Shown: positions 1 to 11,135 of the stretch, one piece after another
How the letters are laid out: every line of letters starts with the position of its first letter
Numbering within the stretch: the first letter of the stretch is position 1
Assembly (NCBI GenBank): GCA_965224485.1
Contig: CBDCZH010000001.1
Span: 32,001 to 96,000 of the forward strand
Reading direction: 5' to 3'
Origin: Arcobacteraceae bacterium
GTDB taxonomy: Bacteria; Campylobacterota; Campylobacteria; Campylobacterales; Arcobacteraceae
Length of the DNA stretch: 64,000 nt
Position numbers and translations under genes: made by a program
Notes under the pieces: model-generated
Told to the model about the DNA's origin: nothing
Databases searched by the model: none
The model's input: only the letters and a program-made list of their open reading frames with translations

Positions 1-31
1 AAGAATTAAGAAAAGATCAAAAACAAAAAAA

Positions 32-796
32 ATGAAAACTTTTTCAATTTTAGGTTGTGGTTTTTTAGGCTTAGGTTTAGTTAAACAATTACAAAAAAGT
101 TATATCATAAATATAGCAACAAGAAGTAAACTAAAAGCAAAAGAGTTTTCTTCTTGTGGTTTTAATTCTTATGTCTTATTTTTAAATAATTATCAGTATT
201 TGAAAGAGTTTTTAGATTGCGATATTTTATTTATATCTTTACCTCCTAAAGATGAAAACTATATATTTTTTTTAGAACATATTTATAAAAATATATTAAA
301 TAAAACTAAGGTAATATTTATCTCTTCTACTTCGATTTATCCACAAAAAGATTTGATTTTTACTGAAAGTTTTTATATTAAAAATGATGATTTTTCTTTA
401 GTAAATAAAGCAGAAAGAGTTGTTAAAAAAAGATCAAATATAATTTTTAGATCTGCTGGTTTAATGGGTGAAAATAGAATTCCTGGAAAGTATTTTTCAA
501 ATAAAGAAGTTAAAAACTATATGCAAAAAGTAAATTATGTACATAAAGATGACCTTATTTCAGTTATTGTTTTTGCCTTAGATAAAAATCTTGAAGGCAT
601 TTACAATGTTTGTGCTTTAGAACATCCAAGAAAGAAAGAAATATATACAAAAAATGCTAAGAAATATAATTTTAAAGAGCCAATTTTTAATTCTTCTTCT
701 AATGAAAATAAAAATATAAATAGAATAATTTCTTCTTCTAAGCTATGCAAAGAAGGCTTTGAATATATTTATTCAAAGCCTTTATTTCTTAAATAA
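32..796 (+). CDS. NAD(P)-binding atypical SDR / epimerase-dehydratase (YeeZ-like)
   Basis: N-terminal Rossmann motif ILGCGFLG, FISSTSIY, NYVHKDD. Confidence 0.75.
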   Translation: MKTFSILGCGFLGLGLVKQLQKSYIINIATRSKLKAKEFSSCGFNSYVLFLNNYQYLKEFLDCDILFISLPPKDENYIFFLEHIYKNILNKTKVIFISSTSIYPQKDLIFTESFYIKNDDFSLVNKAERVVKKRSNIIFRSAGLMGENRIPGKYFSNKEVKNYMQKVNYVHKDDLISVIVFALDKNLEGIYNVCALEHPRKKEIYTKNAKKYNFKEPIFNSSSNENKNINRIISSSKLCKEGFEYIYSKPLFLK

Positions 797-806
797 TTAA
801 AAGCTT

Positions 807-1430
807 TTAATCATTTGTATTAAAAGCTCTATCTCCTGCATCACCAAGACCTGGTCTGATGTAATCATTTTCATCAAGTCTTTCATCTATTTGAGCAATA
901 TAAATATCAACATCAGGATGTATTTCTTGCACTTTTTTTATTCCCTCAGGTGAACCTAAAACATTTAAAGAAATAATTCTTTTAGGATTCTTTTTCTTTA
1001 AAAAAGCAATTCCATCTATTAGTGAACCCCCAGTTGCCACCATTGGGTCAAGAAGTAATACTGTTCTTCCTTCTAAGTTTGGAATGTTTTCATAAAAAAG
1101 TTTAGATAAAGAAGTTTCTTCATCTCTTTTCATTGCTAAAAATCCAGATTTTGCATAAGGTAAGGTTTTTAAAATACCTGTAAGCATTGGCTCACCAGCT
1201 CTTAAAATAGGAACTAAGACTAACTTTTGCACTTCTATCATTTGTACATCTAAAGGACCTTGCCAAGTATTTATGTTTTGTGTTACTGTTTCAAAGTTTT
1301 CTAGGGCTTCTGAGGCAATTATTCTTGATATCTCTTCAATAGTCATTCTAAATTCATTTGAAGCTGTTCTTGTATCTCTTAATCTATTTACTAAATGTTT
1401 TACTACTACGTTTTTACTCTCTTTATACAT
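807..1430 (-). CDS. upp: uracil phosphoribosyltransferase
   Basis: VPILRAG, PRPP motif LLLDPMVATGGS, C-terminal YIRPGLGDAGDR; divergent from uracil permease. Confidence 0.97.
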   Translation of the reverse strand: MYKESKNVVVKHLVNRLRDTRTASNEFRMTIEEISRIIASEALENFETVTQNINTWQGPLDVQMIEVQKLVLVPILRAGEPMLTGILKTLPYAKSGFLAMKRDEETSLSKLFYENIPNLEGRTVLLLDPMVATGGSLIDGIAFLKKKNPKRIISLNVLGSPEGIKKVQEIHPDVDIYIAQIDERLDENDYIRPGLGDAGDRAFNTND

Positions 1431-1542
1431 ATGTTTTCCTAAGTTTTAATGTAGGAGTATAACTAAAAATGACTTTAAGATAATTAACAAGCTATTAATT
1501 GCAAAGGCTGTATAATCGAAAAATTTTAATAATGAGGTTTAT

Positions 1543-2784
1543 ATGAAAAATACTACGTACAATTTTAGAATCAAAGATTCTATTGTTGGTCTTCAATTCT
1601 TATTTGTAGCTTTTGGAGCTTTAGTTTTAGTTCCTCTTCTAACTGGACTTGATGCTAATGTTGCTTTGTTTACAGCTGGACTTGGTACTTTAGTTTTCCA
1701 GTTAATTAATAGAAAAAATGTTCCTCCAATTTTTTTAGCATCTTCTTTTGCTTTTATAGCTCCTATTTCTTATGGGGTTAAAACATGGGGAATTGCGGCA
1801 ACTATGTCAGGGCTTGTTGCTGCTGGTTTGTTTTATGTTCTTCTTAGTTTTGTAATTAGACTAAAAGGAAGTGATTTTTTGCATAAAATTCTTCCAGCTG
1901 TTGTAGTTGGACCTGTTATTATGTCTATTGGACTTATTTTAGCACCTGTTGCTGTTAATATGGCTATGGGTAAAACAGGAGATGGCGCAATACAGTTAGT
2001 GCCCCAAGATCAAGCAATGGTTATTTCTATGGTTGCTTTATTAGTTACCGTTTTTGCCTCACTTACACAAAAGGGAATTTTTAAATTAATTCCTATTTTA
2101 CTTGGAATAATTGTAGGTTACATTATCTCTTTAATGTATGGAGTTGTTGATTTCTCTTCAATTTCAAATGCTTCTTGGTTTGCAATGCCAAACTTTGTTG
2201 CTCCTGTATTTCATTGGGAAGCTATTATTTTTATTCTTCCAATTGCAATTGCCCCTGCTATTGAGCATATTGGTGATATGTTAGCTATTTCAAATATCAC
2301 AAAAGAAGATTATTTAAAAAACCCAGGTTTAAAAAATACTCTTTTAGGTGATGGAATTGCAACTTCTTTGGCTTCACTTTTTGGTGGTCCTCCTAATACC
2401 ACTTATTCTGAAGTAACTGGTGCTGTTTCTGTTACAAAAGCTTTTAATCCAGCAATTATGACATGGGCTGCTATTTTTGCTATTGTTTTAGCTTTTGTAG
2501 GAAAAGTTGGTGGTTTCTTAGGAACTATTCCAGTTCCTGTTATGGGTGGGATTATGTTACTATTATTTGGAATTATTGCTTCAATTGGAATAGGAACACT
2601 TGTAAAAGAAAAAGTAGATTTAACTTGTACAAGAAATATGGCAATAGTATCAATGATTTTAGTATTCTCTATTGGTGGAATGACTTTTAACTTTGGTGCA
2701 GTTGCTTTTTCTGGTATTGGACTTGGTGCAATTGTTGGAATTGTATTAAATTTAATTTTGCCAAAAGTTAAAGAAGCAAAATAA
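1543..2784 (+). CDS. uraA: uracil/xanthine permease (NCS2 family)
   Basis: QFLFVAFGALVLVP, EHIGD, GGPPNTTYSE signature; many TM segments; adjacent to upp. Confidence 0.93.
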   Translation: MKNTTYNFRIKDSIVGLQFLFVAFGALVLVPLLTGLDANVALFTAGLGTLVFQLINRKNVPPIFLASSFAFIAPISYGVKTWGIAATMSGLVAAGLFYVLLSFVIRLKGSDFLHKILPAVVVGPVIMSIGLILAPVAVNMAMGKTGDGAIQLVPQDQAMVISMVALLVTVFASLTQKGIFKLIPILLGIIVGYIISLMYGVVDFSSISNASWFAMPNFVAPVFHWEAIIFILPIAIAPAIEHIGDMLAISNITKEDYLKNPGLKNTLLGDGIATSLASLFGGPPNTTYSEVTGAVSVTKAFNPAIMTWAAIFAIVLAFVGKVGGFLGTIPVPVMGGIMLLLFGIIASIGIGTLVKEKVDLTCTRNMAIVSMILVFSIGGMTFNFGAVAFSGIGLGAIVGIVLNLILPKVKEAK

Positions 2785-2806
2785 AATACTTTAAATAATA
2801 AAACTA

Positions 2807-2844
2807 AGATATGACTATATTTTTTAAGTCATATCTCTTTTTTT
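2807..2844 (+). terminator. intrinsic terminator after uraA
   Basis: agatatgact / agtcatatct stem followed by a T-run. Confidence 0.7.
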
Positions 2845-2963
2845 ACTCGCATAGTTAAAATCTGTACATCTTTAGAAAAAATGCTAATTCACATCTAAAA
2901 ACAATAGCTTTAATACTTATAATATATTAAATCTCTTATAATATAAAAAATAAAAGGATATAC

Positions 2964-3461
2964 ATGGCAAAAGAACATCAATTTGATATTTCGGCAAAAC
3001 TTGATTTCCAAGAACTAAAAAATGCAATAGTACAAGCACAAAAAGAGTGTGATACTAGATATGATTTTAAAGGTATTGAAAAAGAGATTAATTTTAATGA
3101 GGGAGCTAAAACTATTAGTATTAACTCTGCAAGTGATAATAAAATAGATGCAATTTATGATATTTTAATTTCAAAGCTAAATAAAAGAGGTATTCCTATT
3201 AATTCTTTAGATGAACCTAAACAAGAGAACAGTTCAGGAGCTAATAGAAAATATACTTATCCTTTAATTGATTCAATTCAAAAAGATGAAGCTAAAACAA
3301 TTCAGACTGAAATTAAATCTTTAAAACTAAAAGTGAAATCAGTCAATCAAGGCGATGAAATTAGAGTTACGGGGAAGAATTTAGATGATTTACAAATTGT
3401 TATGAGACATTTAAAAACATTAGATTTAAAATCTCCTTTAGTATTTGATAACTTTAGATAA
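2964..3461 (+). CDS. yajQ: YajQ family nucleotide (c-di-GMP) binding protein
   Basis: FDIS, RYDFKG, QGDEIRVTGK..DDLQ, C-terminal FDNFR. Confidence 0.95.
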   Translation: MAKEHQFDISAKLDFQELKNAIVQAQKECDTRYDFKGIEKEINFNEGAKTISINSASDNKIDAIYDILISKLNKRGIPINSLDEPKQENSSGANRKYTYPLIDSIQKDEAKTIQTEIKSLKLKVKSVNQGDEIRVTGKNLDDLQIVMRHLKTLDLKSPLVFDNFR

Positions 3462-3487
3462 AAATAGAAAGATTTCTTTCTATTTTT
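3461..3487. terminator. bidirectional terminator between yajQ and the MCP gene
   Basis: aaaatagaaag-attt-ctttctatttt palindrome between convergent genes. Confidence 0.65.
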
Positions 3488-3508
3488 ACCCTAGTTTAGA
3501 CTTTTTAC

Positions 3509-5746
3509 TTAAAGTACAATAGAGTCTTTACCTTCAAAAATCTTTTCATCAGCATTTTGAACAATCTTTTTGGCTATTTGACTTGTTTCATTAGCAATAG
3601 TAGAAGTATGAGCTGCAACTTGTGCATTTTTTTGAGTTTGTTGATCTAGTGTTGATACTGCATCATTAATCTGATGTATTCCTTCTTGTTGCTCTTTTGA
3701 AGCAAAGGTAACATCTTGAATTAGCTCAATTGTTTTTGAAATTCCTTCATTTAGATTTGTATAACCATCTATCATTTGATCTGCTATTGTTTTTCCATCA
3801 TTTGCTTTTAGCGTTGCTTGTTCAACTAAATCTTTAATATCTTTAGCTGCTTGTGCTGACCTTGAGGCAAGGTTTCTTACTTCTTGGGCAACTACTGCAA
3901 AACCTTTTCCAGCTTCACCTGCTGTTGCTGCTTCTACTGCTGCATTAAGTGAAAGAATATTTGTTTGAAAAGCAATTTGATCAATTAAAGAAATTGAATC
4001 ATTTATTGCTAAAACTTGCTCATTTATTTCATCCATTGCAGTTGTAGTTTGATTTGCTAATACTTGACCTTTATTAACAGAACTAGTTACTTCTTTTGCT
4101 ATTTCAGACATAGTTATAATATTATGTGTATTTTGTGTAATGCTTGCTGTTATCTCTTCTAAGGCTGCTGATGTTTCTTCTAGTGATGCTGCTGCTTCAT
4201 TTGAAGAGTGATTTAAAATATCAACATTTTTCAATAATTCATTTGTACTTTTATTAATAGTTAAACCATCTCTTTTATTATCTTGTAACATTGTTGTAAC
4301 AATTTGTCCAACATGTAAGATTGATTTTTCTACTTTAGCATGAGCATCATGTATATTATTTGTAAAATCAAGATTTGAATAAGAATTTAGAACTTCAGTA
4401 ATTTCATTTATATTTCCACCAATAGTATTATTAAGAACCTCAAGCATTTGATTTATTTCGGCTTTTAAGTCTTGTAAATTTGGACTTTTTGTTTTATATT
4501 CTAATCTTTGATTTAAATAACCAGTTTTAATTTTGGAAACAATATTTTTAACTTCTTCCATAAATTTAATATCATCAAGAATAATTTCTTTTGAAATAAG
4601 AATATTAGAGTTTACTTTTTTTGACATTTGTCCAATTACATCAACTCTGTTTTCATCAATTGTAATTAAGTTACAATCTTTACTCTCTTTATTTAAAAAT
4701 TTGAAAAAACCATCTAATCCTTGAGCTAGAGTTGTAACCCCATCTTCAATATTAGAACTTATTATTTTCCCTAAAAAAAGACTAAGTAAAACAATTAAAC
4801 AAGATAAAACAATAAAAATTATCATCCAAAGTTTTGCTTCATGTGATAACTCTTTTGCGCTTTGTATAAGTTCCCTAGCAATTTCATCATCTATTTGTTT
4901 TAACATATTTATTTTTTTAGTAATTGTTTTAAACCAGTGGAAAGAATCAATATTAAAGTTTTTTTCATCTTTTGCATTAAGTGCAATGTTTCTCATATTA
5001 TTAACATCTTTAATAATAGGACCACTTAAGACTTTTTTATAAAATAAATAAGCTTTTTTATTAGCTAGTTTTTCAAAAGAATTTAAATAAGCATTTTGTT
5101 CAGAAATAAGTCTATTGAACTTAAGTTTTGCTCCTATGGCAAAATGGTCATTTGCAAAACTAACAGCTCCAACTGCTCTTTCAATTCCAGCTCTCTCTTT
5201 TGCTAGTAAAAAGTTAGTATAAGATGTAAGCTGTATTGTCATTTCATTTTTAATAGAAAAAGAAGCCGTTTTTCTTACAAGTTCTAAAAAAGAAGTATTC
5301 ATTTTTGTATAATATGAAATTGCATTTTTACCACTTATTTTAAAATTCATTATATCTTTTCTAATTTTTTTAATGTTTTCAAGTTTATTTTGTGCTGTAT
5401 ATAAAAGATCAGAAAAATCTTTTTTATAATATACTAATGTTATTTCTTTTAAATTATTTTCAAAATCATGGATCTTTTGATCTGTTAATTCTCTTTGCCT
5501 AGGGAGTTTATTAGTAAAATTTTTACCATTTGATGCTAGGAAACCAGCTGTCATTCCTCTTTCTTTTTGTAACTCATGAACTAATGATGTTACTTTTGTT
5601 GATAAGAGTACAACTTTGTTTAACATATCAAAATTAACATAACGCTGGTATCTTTCATAAGATATAAGCCCAGCAACAATAAATAAGCCAATTAATGGGC
5701 TTAATAGTAATAATCGAAGTTTTGTTTTAATTTTAAATCTATTCAC
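3509..5746 (-). CDS. methyl-accepting chemotaxis protein with NIT (nitrate/nitrite-sensing) domain
   Basis: [10 protein letters not shown] and [12 protein letters not shown] motifs between two TM helices; MCP hairpin [34 protein letters not shown]. Confidence 0.93.
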   Translation of the reverse strand: MNRFKIKTKLRLLLLSPLIGLFIVAGLISYERYQRYVNFDMLNKVVLLSTKVTSLVHELQKERGMTAGFLASNGKNFTNKLPRQRELTDQKIHDFENNLKEITLVYYKKDFSDLLYTAQNKLENIKKIRKDIMNFKISGKNAISYYTKMNTSFLELVRKTASFSIKNEMTIQLTSYTNFLLAKERAGIERAVGAVSFANDHFAIGAKLKFNRLISEQNAYLNSFEKLANKKAYLFYKKVLSGPIIKDVNNMRNIALNAKDEKNFNIDSFHWFKTITKKINMLKQIDDEIARELIQSAKELSHEAKLWMIIFIVLSCLIVLLSLFLGKIISSNIEDGVTTLAQGLDGFFKFLNKESKDCNLITIDENRVDVIGQMSKKVNSNILISKEIILDDIKFMEEVKNIVSKIKTGYLNQRLEYKTKSPNLQDLKAEINQMLEVLNNTIGGNINEITEVLNSYSNLDFTNNIHDAHAKVEKSILHVGQIVTTMLQDNKRDGLTINKSTNELLKNVDILNHSSNEAAASLEETSAALEEITASITQNTHNIITMSEIAKEVTSSVNKGQVLANQTTTAMDEINEQVLAINDSISLIDQIAFQTNILSLNAAVEAATAGEAGKGFAVVAQEVRNLASRSAQAAKDIKDLVEQATLKANDGKTIADQMIDGYTNLNEGISKTIELIQDVTFASKEQQEGIHQINDAVSTLDQQTQKNAQVAAHTSTIANETSQIAKKIVQNADEKIFEGKDSIVL

Positions 5747-6226
5747 AGTTTTCTTTTCCTTAATAAATATAAAAAATATATAAAAATTATTTAAATAGTT
5801 TTGATTTTAGTTAAATATAAATTTACTTTAGATTAAAAAGTAAAAAGATTTTTTAATTTTGTTTTAATTTTTTAGATTCTAAAGATTATTACTAAATTAA
5901 TAGTGATATTCATTATTTTTATTTTTATTTTTTACTATATCTATCTTAAAATTACTACTAGTATAAAATTGTGAATATTACAAAAAAGACTTTATTGTTT
6001 TTTATTCAAAAATAAGAATTTATATATGAAGATAAAAGTTGAAAAATGAAAAGCATTGTTTATGTGAATATATTTATAAAAGAGTAGATAAAACCTTATA
6101 TAAAGCAAAGCATATAGGAGGCAATAAAGTAGTATATGATATAAAATAAAGATAGAGTGTATATTAAATTTAGTATAATTTATTTTAGAGATTAATTTAG
6201 ATAAAACTAAATAAAATGGAATTATA

Positions 6227-6880
6227 ATGCATATATCAAAAGAAGAAAGAGACGCTGTTTATAAAACAATTTTTAATAGACGTGATACTAGAAGTGAGTT
6301 TTTAGATGAGAGTTTAGATGATGAAATAATTACAAGATTATTAAAAGCAGCTCACCATGCTCCTAGCGTTGGTTTTATGCAACCTTGGGACTTTTTAGTA
6401 GTGAAAGACAAGAAAATTAAACTTAAGATAAAAGAAGCTTTTGTAGAAGCTAGAAATAAAGAAAAAGAGTTCTTTTTTGATGAAAAAAGAGACTTATATG
6501 ATAGCTTAAAATTAGAAGGAATTACCCAAGCTTCTATTGGAGTTTGTATTACTTGTGATAGAAGTAGAACTGGTGAAATAGTTCTTGGTAGGACGCAAAA
6601 CAAACAAATGGATTTATATTCAAGTGTTTGTGCTGTTCAAAATCTTTGGTTAGCCTCAAGAGCTGAAAACTTAGGTCTTGGTTGGGTTAGTATAATTTCT
6701 CATGAAAAACTAAAAGAGATTTTAAATATACCCTCGCATATCGAAATTATTGCTTATGTTTGTATAGGAAAGGTTAAGTTCTTTCATGAAAAACCAGAAC
6801 TTGAAAAAGTATCTTGGTTAAAAAGAAATCCTTTAGAAGATATTGTCCATTATGATACTTGGAATAATAAAAAAAACTAA
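6227..6880 (+). CDS. bluB: 5,6-dimethylbenzimidazole synthase (nitroreductase fold)
   Basis: RRDTR, AAHHAPSVGFMQPWDF, LKLEGI, MDLYSSVCAVQNLWLASRAENLGLGWVS. Confidence 0.92.
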   Translation: MHISKEERDAVYKTIFNRRDTRSEFLDESLDDEIITRLLKAAHHAPSVGFMQPWDFLVVKDKKIKLKIKEAFVEARNKEKEFFFDEKRDLYDSLKLEGITQASIGVCITCDRSRTGEIVLGRTQNKQMDLYSSVCAVQNLWLASRAENLGLGWVSIISHEKLKEILNIPSHIEIIAYVCIGKVKFFHEKPELEKVSWLKRNPLEDIVHYDTWNNKKN

Positions 6881-6937
6881 TACACGAAGAATAAACAAAA
6901 GTTTTGTATAATTAATACTTAAATAATAAGGATTAAT

Positions 6938-7603
6938 ATGAAAGTATTATTATTAGAAGATGACCTAGCTTTAAGTGATATTTTATATGAGCATTTAAAA
7001 TATAGAGATTTTGACGTCACCTTAGCTTTTAATGGAGAAGATGCTCTAGAAGCTCTAATTGAAGAGGTTTATGATTTTGCAATCTTAGATATAAATACAC
7101 CAAAACTTTCTGGGTTAGAGGTGTTAAAAACACTTAGAAGTGAGTATAAAAACCAAACACCTATAATAGTTGTAACTGCTTACCAAGATACAAAACATTT
7201 AAAAGAATCTTTTGAAAATGGTGTTGATGATTATATTAAAAAACCTTTTGATTTAGTAGAGTTAGATCAAAGAATAAATAAATTATGTAGACATTTCTCT
7301 TTAGAGCAAGAAGGTGAGTTAAAATTAGATGATAATATATCTTTATATCTTGAATCTTGTGAAGTTGTAATTAATAATAAATCAATTTCTATTGCACAAA
7401 AAGAGAGAGATATACTTAAATATTTTGTAACACATAAAAATAGAGTCATTTCTAGTGATGAGTTATTACAAAATATGTGGAATTATGATGAACAACCAAC
7501 GGATGCAACTATTAGAGTTTATATAAAAAACTTAAGAGAGTTATTGGGACGTGAAAAAATTGTAACAATAAGAGGAATAGGGTACAAATTTGAACAAAAA
7601 TGA
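6938..7603 (+). CDS. OmpR-family response regulator
   Basis: LLLEDD, ILDINTP receiver Asp, KPF, winged helix TIRVYIKNLR..TIRGIGY. Confidence 0.93.
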   Translation: MKVLLLEDDLALSDILYEHLKYRDFDVTLAFNGEDALEALIEEVYDFAILDINTPKLSGLEVLKTLRSEYKNQTPIIVVTAYQDTKHLKESFENGVDDYIKKPFDLVELDQRINKLCRHFSLEQEGELKLDDNISLYLESCEVVINNKSISIAQKERDILKYFVTHKNRVISSDELLQNMWNYDEQPTDATIRVYIKNLRELLGREKIVTIRGIGYKFEQK

Positions 7604-8762
7604 AAAAAAAGCAGTTATTAGTTTTCTATTTATCTATGTAGGTTCAACAGCACTTTTTTTAGGTGTAATGTTATATATTTATTATGTAAATGAGCTAAAA
7701 ATGTATAATGCACACTGTTCAATGCAAATGTCACGAGCAGCCCAAGAAATAAGAGCTGATATTTTAAAATCATATATGGACAAAAAAACTTTTATTCCTA
7801 AGAAGTTAAAAGAAGAAGCTTTATCTTATGGACTTTTTTCAAAAGATAAAGAAAAAATCTATTCTAGTTTGTCAAATAAAACGAGTATAGATTTTGAACA
7901 AATATCATATGTGAAAAACTCATTTTCTTATCATATAACCAAAATAGATGAAAAATATGAAGAAATAGAGACAAAATATATTGTATTAGAAACAAAACAG
8001 GCTTTTATGGATAAAAGAGACTTACAGGTTTTTGTTCTTTTTGTATTGCTATTTGGAATAATATTTGTCTCTTTTATTGGTTATTTTTTAGTAAAACTTT
8101 TATTAAAACCAGTTAGAGAAAAAATAAAACATATGGATGATTTTATAAAAGATTCTGCTCATGAATTAAATACTCCGGTTGCTGTTTTATTAACTTCTGT
8201 TTCAACACTAAAAAAAGGCATAAATTCTGAAAAAATGCTTAAATATATTTTAAGTTCTTCTAAGCAAATTTCTGAAATTTATAACGATATTCATTTTTCA
8301 GCTTTTAATGAAATAAATGAAAATGTTGAAGAAGAGCTTGATTTAGATGTATTAATTAAAGAAAGTGTATATTTTTTAAGTGATATTGCTAATGCTAAGA
8401 GCATAACAATATCGAGTGTACTTTCTGATACTAAAATTTATATGGATAGAACAAAAACAAGAAAACTTGTAAATAATCTTATTTCAAATGCTATAAAATA
8501 TTCACATAAAGATTCAATTATTGAAGTTGCTCTAAAAGAGTATAAGTTTTGTGTAAAAGATTATGGAATAGGAATATCTTCAAAAGATCAAAAAGACATT
8601 TTTACAAGATATAAAAGGGGACAAAACAATGAAGGTGGTTTTGGAATTGGTTTAGATATAGTTTCAAAAATTAATTATGAATATAATTTAAAACTATCTC
8701 TAAACTCAAAACTTAATGTTGGTTCAGAGTTTTGTATAGACTTTGCAAATATTAAAAGATAG
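7590..8762 (+). CDS. sensor histidine kinase
   Basis: two TM segments, H-box HELNTP, N-box NNLISNAIKY, DYGIG and GGFGIGL. Confidence 0.93.
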   Translation: MNKNEKKAVISFLFIYVGSTALFLGVMLYIYYVNELKMYNAHCSMQMSRAAQEIRADILKSYMDKKTFIPKKLKEEALSYGLFSKDKEKIYSSLSNKTSIDFEQISYVKNSFSYHITKIDEKYEEIETKYIVLETKQAFMDKRDLQVFVLFVLLFGIIFVSFIGYFLVKLLLKPVREKIKHMDDFIKDSAHELNTPVAVLLTSVSTLKKGINSEKMLKYILSSSKQISEIYNDIHFSAFNEINENVEEELDLDVLIKESVYFLSDIANAKSITISSVLSDTKIYMDRTKTRKLVNNLISNAIKYSHKDSIIEVALKEYKFCVKDYGIGISSKDQKDIFTRYKRGQNNEGGFGIGLDIVSKINYEYNLKLSLNSKLNVGSEFCIDFANIKR

Positions 8763-9354
8763 TATTTATTTGCAAAGTAATAGTAAGGTCTTCTTGTTTA
8801 TCATATGTTCGTAAAGAAGAGCTAATGGATTTTTTATTGTAATTTGATAATTTTGCTTGAATACTTTGTAAAATATGCCAGAATTTTTCATTAAAAGGTG
8901 TATTTACTTCTTTGATTTTATTCTTAAGGATTTTATCAACTATTATTTCTATTAAATGCTCATAAAAAAGTTTATTTGTTCTTCTTTGTTTTCTATATGG
9001 TTTCATAATAATTAAATTATTTCTATATACTTTTAACTCTTCTTCATTTAAGTTTTTATTAGAAAGATTTTCTATTTCTTGATCTAAAAAACTGTCTATC
9101 TCAGCTGTTTCTTTAGCCCATACGTCTTTTAAAGAGGGTTTTAACTCTAAAATAGTATCACATGTTATTTTATCTTCATGTTGTAAGTCTTTTATATCAT
9201 AGTGGTATATTATCTCTTTTTTATAATCATGTGATATTGCTTTATAAATCTGCATACAGTGATTTATATAAATATATTTATCCTCTTTGCCTGTTTTAAA
9301 AGATACTCCAATAGGAGAAATAATTGCTTTTGGTCCAACATATTTAAGTTTCAT
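8752..9354 (-). CDS. hypothetical protein
   Basis: 200-aa ORF with aagg RBS upstream; no motif recognised. Confidence 0.75.
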   Translation of the reverse strand: MKLKYVGPKAIISPIGVSFKTGKEDKYIYINHCMQIYKAISHDYKKEIIYHYDIKDLQHEDKITCDTILELKPSLKDVWAKETAEIDSFLDQEIENLSNKNLNEEELKVYRNNLIIMKPYRKQRRTNKLFYEHLIEIIVDKILKNKIKEVNTPFNEKFWHILQSIQAKLSNYNKKSISSSLRTYDKQEDLTITLQINTIF

Positions 9355-9404
9355 AATAAGCCTTTTTTATATATAATTAAATTATAATATATAAAAGGTT
9401 TAAA

Positions 9405-9986
9405 ATGAATAATATAATAGAAAATTTTAAAACAAAAGAGTTAAAAGATACAAAATTTGTACATCCTTTTTCCATATCTTATACTCAAAATGGAATAAAT
9501 AAAACTTGGGAAGCTGTAAAAAGCTTTGATAGTGTTGCAATTTTATTATTTCACGAAGAAAAAAACTCATTTTTACTAGTAAAACAATTTAGACCTCCTG
9601 TTTATTTAAATGATAAAAGCAAGCTTTACACTTATGAGTTATGTGCAGGAATAATTGATAAAAAGACTTCATTAAAACAAATTGTAAAAGAAGAAATAGA
9701 AGAAGAGTGTGGTTATGATGTATCTTTAAATGAGATAGAAAAGATTACTTCTTTTTATACAAATGTAGGAGTAAGTGGTGCTTTACAACACTTGTATTAT
9801 GCAAAAATAGATAAAAACATGAAAGTACATGAAGGAGGGGGTATTCATAGTGAACAAATTGATTTATTTTATTTACCCCTGTCTAAAGTAGAAGAGTTTA
9901 TGTATGATGAAAATATAGCTAAAACACCTGGTTTGATGTTTTCTTTTTATTGGTTTCAAAAAAAGATTTTAAAAAAACTTTTTTAA
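9405..9986 (+). CDS. NUDIX hydrolase (nucleoside-diphosphate-sugar pyrophosphatase type)
   Basis: KQFRPPVY; Nudix box ELCAGIID...EEIEEECGY. Confidence 0.9.
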   Translation: MNNIIENFKTKELKDTKFVHPFSISYTQNGINKTWEAVKSFDSVAILLFHEEKNSFLLVKQFRPPVYLNDKSKLYTYELCAGIIDKKTSLKQIVKEEIEEECGYDVSLNEIEKITSFYTNVGVSGALQHLYYAKIDKNMKVHEGGGIHSEQIDLFYLPLSKVEEFMYDENIAKTPGLMFSFYWFQKKILKKLF

Positions 9987-10034
9987 GTTTTTTTATATCT
10001 TTTACTACTCTTCTAAATATTTTTAAAGCTTGTT

Positions 10035-11006
10035 TTATCTTGATAAACTAATTCCAAAAGAAAACCTACTAATGCTTTTATCATAATCAATTAAACTATC
10101 TCCATATCCATTTGAAATTTGAACATAAGCAAAAGTATCTTTTGAAGAGAACAATGGAAAGGTATAATCTATTTGGGCATAAGATTTGTTTTTATCATTA
10201 AACCTTAAGTTATTTCTAAATAAAAGTTTAAATACATGTTTTTTAAAAGGAAGTAAAAAAGTAATATCTCCATAACCTAAATAATTCTCAATATCTTTAT
10301 TATCATCATCTTTTTTATCTTCCCTTAATCTATACCATATTTTTGGAACAATAAAAAGATTTGATACTTGAAAATAACTCTCTAAGTAAATTCTATTCCA
10401 AGAGCGTGAGTTTTCATCTTTTCTTCCATTTGACTCATGTAAAAGACCTATTTTAAAGGCTTTTAATGAGGTTTTGTCTTTTTTCCCATAAGGAATATTT
10501 ACAAAAATCTCAGGAGCGTAATTTGTTTCTCTAAAAGGAGCAGAAGGAGAATATATTTGCCACCAAGAAGTTTGAGTATAAGCAAAATAGAAACTTTCAT
10601 TTAAATTAAAAAAGTTTTTAATAATTGGTTTTTTTATACTAAGTTGAAATTTAGCTTCATTTATATTTCTATCTTTTATCTTAGTACTTGTATGAGAAAA
10701 AGGAAGAAAATAATTCTCTTTATAAGGATAAATATTAAAAGATGAACTAAGAACTTGCTCAATTGTTTTAACAGTTTGTTCATCTTGTACTTCATTAAGT
10801 ATTAATTTTGAAGCTTGAATAATATCTTCTTGTTCTTTATTTATATATCTAAGTTCTAGTTTTTTAGATGCAATTTGTTTATATAAAAGCATAGCTTCTT
10901 TATAATTATGTTTATTTTGTGCTTCTTGTGCTTTTTCATATAAATTATCAAAGTTTAAACTAAAAGCAAAGATAGAAATAAAGCATAGTAGAAATATTTT
11001 TAGCAT
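10035..11006 (-). CDS. pldA: outer membrane phospholipase A
   Basis: EAKFQLS, SAPFRETNYAPE, catalytic HESNG...SRSWNR, GYGDSLIDY; signal peptide. Confidence 0.93.
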   Translation of the reverse strand: MLKIFLLCFISIFAFSLNFDNLYEKAQEAQNKHNYKEAMLLYKQIASKKLELRYINKEQEDIIQASKLILNEVQDEQTVKTIEQVLSSSFNIYPYKENYFLPFSHTSTKIKDRNINEAKFQLSIKKPIIKNFFNLNESFYFAYTQTSWWQIYSPSAPFRETNYAPEIFVNIPYGKKDKTSLKAFKIGLLHESNGRKDENSRSWNRIYLESYFQVSNLFIVPKIWYRLREDKKDDDNKDIENYLGYGDITFLLPFKKHVFKLLFRNNLRFNDKNKSYAQIDYTFPLFSSKDTFAYVQISNGYGDSLIDYDKSISRFSFGISLSR

Positions 11007-11079
11007 AATATTTACGACTCCTTTTAGGTTTTGCTAATTTTACTGCTTTGTAGCTTTATATATCTTTTTCTAATTTATT

Positions 11080-11112
11080 TGCAAGCTATGTGAAAGATTT
11101 TTTTGTTAAAAT
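11080..11112 (+). promoter_or_regulatory. putative TctD-type direct-repeat site plus extended -10 upstream of usp-tctDE
   Basis: TGCAAG-N5-TGAAAG-N7-TG-t-TAAAAT; same motif and spacing upstream of tctC. Confidence 0.6.
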
Positions 11113-11135
11113 AGAAAAAAATACAGGGGCATATC

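Noticed and set aside
5747..6226. Cobalamin riboswitch or small gene upstream of bluB
   Set aside because: Very AT-rich, with no B12-box or stable stems and no credible ORF.
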